Below, piece after piece: positions 1 through 6,199 of a stretch of 6,199 nt of DNA. The notes below the pieces were generated by a model. The model was given only the letters and a program-made list of their open reading frames with translations, ran no database searches and had not been told where the DNA came from. This DNA is from Amoeboradix gromovi X-113. Lineage: Eukaryota; Fungi; Sanchytriomycota. Both the position numbers and the translations under genes were made by a program. The stretch lies in the NCBI GenBank assembly GCA_018985225.1, contig JADGIF010000601.1, forward strand, positions 1-6,199, in the 5' to 3' direction. How positions within the stretch are numbered: position 1 is the stretch's first letter; each line of letters opens with the position of its first letter.

Positions 1-50
1 AAATCCATAAAATTAACAAAGCTGAAATAATGTGCCAAGTTGTTACAGAA

Positions 51-84
51 AGTTAGTCCAGTTTTTATATTTGATGTCCCAAAT
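51..84 (+). repeat. Left copy of a 34-bp long-range inverted repeat
   Basis: AGTTAGTCCAGTTTTTATATTTGATGTCCCAAAT matches the reverse complement of 6123-6156 at 32/34 positions. Confidence 0.9.
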
Positions 85-117
85 GTGTTTGGGAGACTTC
101 AGTCAACTCCTCGAAAA

Positions 118-1647
118 ATGTGCCCAACAAAAAAATTACGTGTTCTCAATGAAGTCATGTCTTCATCAATTGATGCGCAATCAAAGTTATTTGAACTATC
201 TAGAATTATAAGTACTATACAAACTAGTGCTATCGAGTTGGACAGCACTACAACTAACATCATGACCAACGCAATAAAAACTCAAGGTCAGATATCAGAA
301 TTATCTCAGAAGCTTACTTGTATTCAGTCAGATACTCAAAAAGAGATGGCAAAATTACAAGCGCATGGTGGTGAATTGCCTTTTTCTAACATTTCAAAAG
401 AACAAGCTATACGTCAAATACCGCAGCAGATCAGCCGCAATATGGAAGAACCTTACAAATTGGACAGAACACATGCGTTTGAGGCTTTAGAGAAAACTCG
501 ACCACGAAATATCAACACTTTACCTAGAAAGAACTCTGATACTAACTGCATTAAAACTAATAACTATTGTTTTCCTAAAAATCTAGAATCAATTCCACCG
601 AACAGTAGAAAATCTTATGAATTTCAAAAAAATAAAAAAGCAAAAACAGAAGGGCTGGTTTTTGAAATAGCTGTCTCTTGTGTAAACGTCTTTAATAAAA
701 TGCCTTGCGGCTTAATAGCGAATGAATATTGCTTGTTTGCAGCAGATAGAGATGGTGGTATAAGATTTTGGGATTTCAATGAATTTATGACAACTTCAAA
801 ATCGAGGGAAGCCTACACTAGTGTAAAAAGCAAGCTTCGATATAGCGATTGCCATGCTTTAATGAACGGATATATGGGATCTGATTACGTGTTTGTAAAT
901 GGTGTTACTGGCTCAAAAGAAACGCATAACGATGATGGCAAACCTTATGTTAAGTCAGTACTAGTAAAAGTTCCTGATCTTGGTCCGTCTTCTCCGCTTT
1001 GTCTAGATGCGCTTGACTTCTCTCTTGGGTCAGAAAATGACATTTTGTGCTGCATGGGGACGGAATGCCTACCTTTTAAGGCATTAGTTGTTGCAGACTT
1101 GAAAAAAAACGTTAGCTTGATTCAATATAGTCATAAAGGTCTAAATTCGGAAGCACATCTCCATTCCGAGCATACTTCGAGTGTCAATGACTTGCTGTGG
1201 TGCAACGGATACATATACTCATGCGGTACAGATAGCAGAATAGTGGGATACGATCTAAAGCATAATAGTGTCGTGTCTGCTCATAAACTGAAGAAAAACT
1301 CAAAGAAGCTAAATCAAATTGAAGAAATACTTGGAAAGAAGATCTTAGCACGCTTTGTGGATAGTTCAGAGCAGTTCAGTATTTACGATCCACTCACTGG
1401 TCATTCAGAGCAAAGTTTTGGTATTAGCACTATTGGGTCTTTGACTCAAAAGTCGGATTTTTGCATATTTCAAAACTACTGTTTTCTCTCTGATCCTCAA
1501 GGTCTAATGTACACTTGGGATTTGCGATACAACACTGAAAATTTTGTAGATTTCGGGCAGACTAGAATTGATAAGTTAGCTGTTTGTAAAGATGCTCTGA
1601 TCACCTGTGGCTTAGATCGTAGTTTGCAAATAAGAAAAATTAAATAA
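118..1647 (+). CDS. WD40-repeat protein with N-terminal predicted coiled coil
   Basis: Long open frame (40-1647, TAA stop). The track start at 40 is TTG; the first ATG is at 118 in an AAAAATG context (alternative ATG at 157). WD40-like segments: FAADRDGGIRFWD, HTSSVNDLLWCNGYIYSCGTDSRIVGYDL, FLSDPQGLMYTWDLR, LITCGLDRSLQI. Heptad-like helical N-terminus (KLFELSRIISTIQTSAIEL...ISELSQKLTCIQSDTQKEMAKL). Specific orthologue not recognised. Confidence 0.8.
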   Translation: MCPTKKLRVLNEVMSSSIDAQSKLFELSRIISTIQTSAIELDSTTTNIMTNAIKTQGQISELSQKLTCIQSDTQKEMAKLQAHGGELPFSNISKEQAIRQIPQQISRNMEEPYKLDRTHAFEALEKTRPRNINTLPRKNSDTNCIKTNNYCFPKNLESIPPNSRKSYEFQKNKKAKTEGLVFEIAVSCVNVFNKMPCGLIANEYCLFAADRDGGIRFWDFNEFMTTSKSREAYTSVKSKLRYSDCHALMNGYMGSDYVFVNGVTGSKETHNDDGKPYVKSVLVKVPDLGPSSPLCLDALDFSLGSENDILCCMGTECLPFKALVVADLKKNVSLIQYSHKGLNSEAHLHSEHTSSVNDLLWCNGYIYSCGTDSRIVGYDLKHNSVVSAHKLKKNSKKLNQIEEILGKKILARFVDSSEQFSIYDPLTGHSEQSFGISTIGSLTQKSDFCIFQNYCFLSDPQGLMYTWDLRYNTENFVDFGQTRIDKLAVCKDALITCGLDRSLQIRKIK

Positions 1648-1673
1648 AAAGTGTATTTATAGTAGAATTTATT
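1643..1673. terminator. Putative polyadenylation signals of the convergent WD40/RPL7 pair
   Basis: AATAAA on + at 1643-1648 overlaps the WD40 TAA. AATAAA on - at 1673-1668 lies 6 nt after the RPL7 TAA. The local AT richness makes chance hits possible. Confidence 0.45.
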
Positions 1674-1679
1674 AACCCT

Positions 1680-2420
1680 TTAAATCATTCTCTGTGCCAA
1701 TTCATTGATTAAATCTTCACGATCACCAACCTCTCCTCCTTCTACAAATCCCTTAAATTTTCTAGGTCTAAATCCGCCAGTAGGATGAGATAGTTTAAAC
1801 GGCCATAAGAATGAGTTTGCGCTCTTAAAGTTTGGTCCAACTGTGATCAATTCATGAATCAAATCTTCGATACAAATTAAATCAAACTTTCCTAAATGTT
1901 CTTCAATCAACGAGTTTGAGTGCAGTGGGATTCTTTGCAAAGTAGATCCAGTCTTGGCTGTATTGATCTTAGCAAAACCTCTCTTATATACTAAATGTTT
2001 GACAGTCTTTAAATTTGGAGTTCCCCAAGCACAATAAGGCTCAATGATCTTCAACATGTTCTTGGTGGCCTTACTCATTCTTAGTAGAACGGCATTATTG
2101 ATTTGATACAATCTGAACAACTGCATAATCTTACGCGGCTTTGGTGGAATTTTGTTGATACCTTTCAATCTAATGACTAACACAACTTTAGGTTCTGCTT
2201 CTACAAAATAATTTCCATCACGTTTAGCAATTCTTCTCTCTCGCACAACTTGCTTTTCCTGTTGTTGATATTCCATAAGGTACTGTTCGGCTCTCTTAAA
2301 CATGACCTGACGCTTCTTTTTTTGGTCCTTCTTCTTTTCAGATGCTGCGATCAATCTTTCTTTGCGTTGATTTTCAAGCTGCTTACGTTGCTTTAATATG
2401 GTTTCCGGAATTGTTCGCAT
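1680..2420 (-). CDS. RPL7: 60S ribosomal protein L7 (uL30), intronless
   Basis: Full-length match to eukaryotic uL30 motifs: IPETILKQRK, FKRAEQY, EPKVVLVIRLKGINKIPPKPRKIMQL, PYCAWGTPNLKTVKHLVYKRG, LICIEDLIHE, NSFLWPFKLSHPTGG, EGGEVGDRED. Start taken as the ATG at 2420 (MRTIPET); the track's ATG at 2432 adds 4 aa and cannot be excluded. Ends at TAA. Confidence 0.96.
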   Translation of the reverse strand: MRTIPETILKQRKQLENQRKERLIAASEKKKDQKKKRQVMFKRAEQYLMEYQQQEKQVVRERRIAKRDGNYFVEAEPKVVLVIRLKGINKIPPKPRKIMQLFRLYQINNAVLLRMSKATKNMLKIIEPYCAWGTPNLKTVKHLVYKRGFAKINTAKTGSTLQRIPLHSNSLIEEHLGKFDLICIEDLIHELITVGPNFKSANSFLWPFKLSHPTGGFRPRKFKGFVEGGEVGDREDLINELAQRMI

Positions 2421-2590
2421 TAATTGACACATGAACTGAATTAGGGAGAATGCAAAAACGTGTTACGACCAATCAACTGACTGCTTTTGTGAAATCGACA
2501 AATGAAATGATAGCAGTCTTCTGTTTTTAATAGAGCACATAAGTCATCCCGTTCCAATAGTTCTTCATTCTAGAGTTTGCAATTAATTAA

Positions 2591-2960
2591 AAGCTAGCTG
2601 TTCATTTTTCCCATATGAGGTATGTCTCCAAATCATCTCAACAAAAGCAAGTCAAATATAAATTAGTTACTAGTAAAAAACAGAATACACTCATCTAAAT
2701 TCAGAACTGTTACAGATACGAAAGTGTTGGTCCGAATAAAGGGAAGGACATGATGAAGTAAAGTGAGCCATTTACTAGTCAAACCTGTTGTAAGGCGTGC
2801 AACTCTGATGAAAAGCAAGCTGAAGAGATATACATTGCAAACTATCATTTACAATGTATGAATCTTTGTTCCATTCCCCTCAGTGTTCCAATGAGGTTCA
2901 GTTACTCCGTTACGCTTGTACTACCCAGAGGCGGGATTGATTAAGGATGCACATACTTGA
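2591..2960 (+). pseudogene. Possible decayed Fanzor1/TnpB-like RuvC-zinc finger nuclease fragment
   Basis: Frame +2 reads FSHMRYVSKSSQQKQVKYKLV...NTLI*IQNC...GPNKG...*SEPFTSQTCCKAC. Frame +1 then reads QCSNE...AC...RRD...HIL. The motif order resembles the Fanzor1 bridge helix, IxxGDW, PNKG, ExxTSxxCxxC and CxNxxC-RDxN segments. There are two stops, at least one frameshift, shortened spacing and no RuvC-I motif, so the call is tentative. Confidence 0.35.
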
Positions 2961-3420
2961 TGTATATGCACCTTGCTGCCGTATGCTCATACGAATTATT
3001 AAATAAATGGTTTACAGGTTTATCTATCGTTGATCTCTTTTGAGCAAGGGTTGAAAGACATCTGATTCTTCCATGTTTGGACCAGCTTCTCAGTCTGAGA
3101 CGAACGAAGTCAATATCCATTTATTCCATTTACCACTTGCGAAAAGGAAGAATATCGAGTATTTAAGCTATTAGAAAAATCTGGAAAAGTCATGAAATCA
3201 TACAAAAATCCATACAAATTCGCGATAAATGATTTATTCAAGAAAACAATCGAGCTGTTTAAGAATTTGATAATCTATCTAAAAACAATCGATTGAAGTA
3301 AAAAAAAGCAAGATTACATAATGGAATTTATAGCATTTGTACATCCGAGAAGGATATTTATCCTTCGAACACATGCTCCTGAATAAAAACTCTCCCATCT
3401 TCTTCCAGGAAGATTCCCAA

Positions 3421-4923
3421 ATGAGCGAGGGTATACAGAATTCACTAAATTACTCTGAATCAACTTATATTTCAGATTTCACTCGTGCATTTGAAAATCG
3501 ACTAGCTTCCGGAAAATCATTCTATGGCGCCAATTTAAGTTACAATCTCATTAAGGAATATATTAGTAAACTTGAGGAGTCTTGCAGTTCTTTTGATATT
3601 GTCGCACCTTCCCTTTCGCTTTTTGGATCAAACTGGTCTGAATGCCAATTTATGAAATCAAGTCGAATTGTTCTACCAAATCCAAATAGTCCTGTTATTC
3701 CATTATTGCATCCAAATCCAAATGAATTAGTTTGTCATCTTTCTAAATTTATAACGAATCAAAAACAACCCTGTACTGTCCATTTAACGAATTGTTCCTT
3801 CTATCATGGCATTTATAAATTTATCAGCGATGATTTTACAGATGTGATTGTGGTAGATTACTTTTTAAAAAAGAGTAGTGTGAACTCCCCTATCCAATGG
3901 ATTAGAGTGGCCAATTCAATAACACCAACTACTTCCATGTGTTCTGTATTACAAATAAAATACGAACAGGAAATAAAAGACATTCTAGATCTTTATTCAG
4001 AGGAATATATAATACCAAAACGAGATATGGATGCGTTATTGACATTATTTACAGTTGAAAAAGCATATGAAATCGCACGGATTGCAAAATCAAAACAGTT
4101 GCCAGTAAAGTATGCTGTATTCCGAATGAATAGATTAGAAAACAAAGTAAAGGGTTTAAATCCCAATAGATTGCAAGAACTGGGCTACAAGATTGAGATA
4201 CCAAAGGGTAAGAAGTTTCAACAGATATTGTCTAATACTGTCACAGCTGCTTTTAGAACTGCACCACATCCTTTGGAACAAGATGTGAATTCTTATCTTG
4301 AATTTAAAACAAAGAATTCCAATCTGCAGTATAATCAAGTTCCATTTCAATTGGATGAAAACTGCATTATTTTTAATTCTAGTTCCGACATCTCATCCTT
4401 TGACTTTACTAAATTTGATCTAAAGAATAATGAAAAGTTGTTTTTTCATGGAACCCAATCAAGTCAGGGTATTGGAATACTCAATAATTCGGAAATATGT
4501 AGAATTGGAAAATGTACTGGTGATTATGGTTCTGGTTTTTATATGACACCAGCCATTGATGTGGCTATTCGTTATGCAACTGTTATAGCTTCCACGAGAT
4601 ATTTTATATTCGTATACAAAGTGATTTGGACAAATGATGATATTCACACTGTAAATGAACAAACATTTGAGGAATCATCTAAAAGTCTTTCTTTTAATCA
4701 AGATTTTTACGGAAATGAGGAGGACGAGGCTATTGGATACCAGCGTAGTGCAATTAACGCATTGGCTATATTTGGTCCTACTAGTCATATGGATGCACCA
4801 CCATTAGAAAACCAATCCTGGATAGATGTTGATCTTGGAATGCAGCTATGTGTTAAATCAGATAGCTGGCTTGAATCAAATTGTGCTAGATTAAAAGCAT
4901 TAACGTTTACAGATCAACAATAA
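3421..4923 (+). CDS. Uncharacterised protein with C-terminal DUF3990-like ADP-ribosyltransferase-fold domain
   Basis: Open frame 3337-4923. The track start is TTG; in-frame ATGs are at 3373 and 3421. The C-terminal ~165 aa has LFFHGT (His 4447), GDYGSGFYMT...A.RYA (Tyr 4540), a hydrophobic strand FIFVYKV, then IFGPTS and MQLCVKS (Gln 4843). This matches the YHGS / DFGxGFYxT / IIGP / QxCxK motif order of DUF3990-type ART-like proteins. The N-terminal ~340 aa is not recognised. Confidence 0.75.
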   Translation: MSEGIQNSLNYSESTYISDFTRAFENRLASGKSFYGANLSYNLIKEYISKLEESCSSFDIVAPSLSLFGSNWSECQFMKSSRIVLPNPNSPVIPLLHPNPNELVCHLSKFITNQKQPCTVHLTNCSFYHGIYKFISDDFTDVIVVDYFLKKSSVNSPIQWIRVANSITPTTSMCSVLQIKYEQEIKDILDLYSEEYIIPKRDMDALLTLFTVEKAYEIARIAKSKQLPVKYAVFRMNRLENKVKGLNPNRLQELGYKIEIPKGKKFQQILSNTVTAAFRTAPHPLEQDVNSYLEFKTKNSNLQYNQVPFQLDENCIIFNSSSDISSFDFTKFDLKNNEKLFFHGTQSSQGIGILNNSEICRIGKCTGDYGSGFYMTPAIDVAIRYATVIASTRYFIFVYKVIWTNDDIHTVNEQTFEESSKSLSFNQDFYGNEEDEAIGYQRSAINALAIFGPTSHMDAPPLENQSWIDVDLGMQLCVKSDSWLESNCARLKALTFTDQQ

Positions 4924-5057
4924 ATATTAATTTTTTTTAATAACATTTGCATTATATCGATGTTGCTTTCACGACCAAATCAAGATTTAAAGTCAATTTA
5001 ATTGGTAAAATGTATTAAGTCTAATTATTACATTAGAATGACAATATTAACTTTAAA

Positions 5058-5223
5058 GTAATGCAGAGACGTGAATAATGGTTTATCAACTCGAAATTAA
5101 GATTTTTGAAAAGATCGTGTTCTAGAGATTCTGAAAAGTTTATTTTTAAATTTTCCAGGATTTTCGAGTTAGTCTGGTTATTACATTTGGCGGCTTTTCC
5201 CATTATTCACGTTGGAATATTAC
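5058..5223. repeat. Nested inverted repeats (foldback segment)
   Basis: Perfect 13-bp IR ACGTGAATAATGG (5069-5081) / CCATTATTCACGT (5200-5212). An outer GTAAT/ATTAC pair sits 6 nt outside each arm (5058-5062 / 5219-5223). An inner 9-bp IR is AACTCGAAA (5088-5096) / TTTCGAGTT (5162-5170). Confidence 0.7.
5165..5194 (+). repeat. Third, degenerate copy of the same repeat
   Basis: CGAGTTAGTCTGGTTATTACATTTGGCGGC vs minus-strand 6158-6129 CGAGTTAGTCTAGTTTTTATATTTGGTGTC: 25/30 identical, no gaps. Confidence 0.75.
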
Positions 5224-5451
5224 AAGTCTTGGTTTCTTCTCTGTGCTTATCTGTTATGTCTTTTATTATTAAAGACCTCCACAATATTTCATCTTCCAAC
5301 TTATTGTATCATAGAGCTATCATACAAATTATTTTATGTCTGTTATTTTCTTTAATCATCAGAAGCAATCCCATTATTTGTGATCCCACTATTGCTGCAG
5401 AATAAACAGTATAACTAAATATATGGAATGCTGTTTTTGATATTTTCATTC

Positions 5452-6199
5452 CTATTTGCTCAGATGCAGATTAATGTAACCGAGGCGATGTAAAGCAAAC
5501 AATTGCATTCGAAATATTTGGAAGTTTGTAAAATAATCATCTCTATCATCACATACAGTGTAATTCATAACTTTATGAATGTTAGAGTAAGTTCCACATG
5601 ATTTCACTTGTTTGTTACAGTCAAGTTTATGACCTTCACCATTAGAACTTCCATATTCTTCAACTGGTGGCGTGTCGCTGACAAATTCACCATTTCCTTT
5701 ACAGCCATTTTTGAATGTATGATGAAGACCAAAAATGTGCCCTAACTCGTGAACTAACGTCACGAATCTGGGACGTGATTGAAAATCCTCACTAAACGAA
5801 GATGGCTCGTTAATGAAAACAAAGTTCAAGACATGATCCTGCGAAGGCATCTAAGCAAACCCTAACTTTTTCTTGCTTTCATCTCTACCAGACACAACAT
5901 TGATGTCATTCCTTTTTTACTGCCATATTTGTCTACTATGCGTTGGTGTTGGATATAGGAGTCACCTGTCATCTGATTCACTACTAAGAATCACAGTCTC
6001 TAGTTTAAATCGAATTTTGTGTCTCTAGTACCTTCTGAGAAGGCTTCATTTGTCATTTTAATTATTTTTTCAATTTTATTGTCTGTGGCCAATGATATGT
6101 CTGTGAATCCATCTAATTTTGAATTTGGGACACCAAATATAAAAACTAGACTAACTCGTTTTTAAAGGTGCTCCATACGGAGGAAATGCTATCATTAAT
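5452..6199 (-). pseudogene. Disrupted M43 family (pappalysin/ulilysin/MEP1-like) zinc metallopeptidase
   Basis: The intact 3' part (5452-5850) has the metzincin motif HELGHIFGLHHTF, VSDTPP, a Met-turn VMNY and FTxxQIxRM. Homology continues upstream through in-frame stops TAG (5851-5853, in LGFA*MP), TAA (5917-5919) and TGA (5962-5964). A 1-nt frameshift at ~6015-6018 joins IEKIIKMTNEAFSEGTRDTK to IRFKLETV, matching the M43 N-terminal 'QI..LN..F...DT.I.F.L' pattern. The 5' end is unresolved and may lie outside the window. Confidence 0.8.
6123..6156 (-). repeat. Right copy of the 34-bp long-range inverted repeat
   Basis: The minus strand reads AGTTAGTCTAGTTTTTATATTTGGTGTCCCAAAT, with 2 mismatches to 51-84. 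Confidence 0.9.

Noticed and set aside
40-117. TTG-initiated N-terminal extension of the WD40 ORF (likewise the TTG start at 3337)
   Set aside because: The locus is eukaryotic, so TTG initiation is unlikely, and in-frame ATGs follow shortly.
2545-2553. CATCCCGTT as a decayed RuvC-I 'DPG' of the Fanzor-like relic
   Set aside because: It needs two substitutions and lies far too close to the putative bridge helix, so this would be over-reading.
2750-2823. C/D-box snoRNA candidate (ATGATGA at 2750-2756, CTGA at 2805 or 2820); yeast RPL7 introns host snoRNAs
   Set aside because: It lies on the strand opposite RPL7 and not in an intron. It has no terminal stem and no rRNA-complementary guide that I can recognise.
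2663-2848. 61-aa minus-strand ORF
   Set aside because: Short, with no recognisable motifs, and antisense to the better-supported + strand relic.
3298-3333. 36-nt GTAAAA...TATAG intron that might extend the ART gene upstream
   Set aside because: Splicing adds only a few codons before an in-frame TAA at 3280, with no ATG, and it does not join the frame +3 peptide.
3676-3723. CCAAATCCAAAT repeated at a 36-nt interval (PNPN twice)
   Set aside because: A minor intragenic duplication with only two copies; not a CRISPR-like or array structure.
4156-4662. Two short minus-strand ORFs (4156-4350 and 4459-4662)
   Set aside because: They are antisense shadows wholly inside the ART-domain gene.
5106-5405. 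99-aa hydrophobic + strand ORF as a membrane protein
   Set aside because: It starts at TTG, and its composition is typical of the antisense of an A-rich frame.
1-6199. Genome-wide stop-codon reassignment (TGA=Trp or TAR=Gln), suggested by the TGA-skewed frames and LGFA*MP
   Set aside because: The three intact genes (about 1250 codons) contain no internal TGA, TAA or TAG, and all 10 of their Trp codons are TGG.

Overview
AT-rich, gene-dense eukaryotic DNA with no evident introns. It is most likely from a fungus or close relative, judging by the uL30 C-terminal 'GGFRPRKFKGFVEGG' motif. It holds three intact-looking genes: a coiled-coil/WD40-repeat protein (+), 60S ribosomal protein L7/uL30 (-, convergent, only 32 bp apart), and a ~500 aa protein with a C-terminal DUF3990-like ADP-ribosyltransferase-fold domain (+). 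A disrupted M43 (pappalysin/ulilysin-type) metallopeptidase lies on the - strand. Three features are not explained by the ORF track. (1) A 34-bp inverted repeat (32/34 identical) brackets nearly the whole window (51-84 and 6123-6156), with further degenerate copies near 5018 and 5165. (2) The spacer between RPL7 and the ART gene holds a stop-interrupted frame whose motif order resembles the C-terminal half of a Fanzor1/TnpB RuvC-zinc-finger nuclease, followed directly by clustered hairpins (possible omega-RNA relic). (3) Nested inverted repeats occupy 5058-5223. All family assignments are from motif recognition by eye, not database searches.
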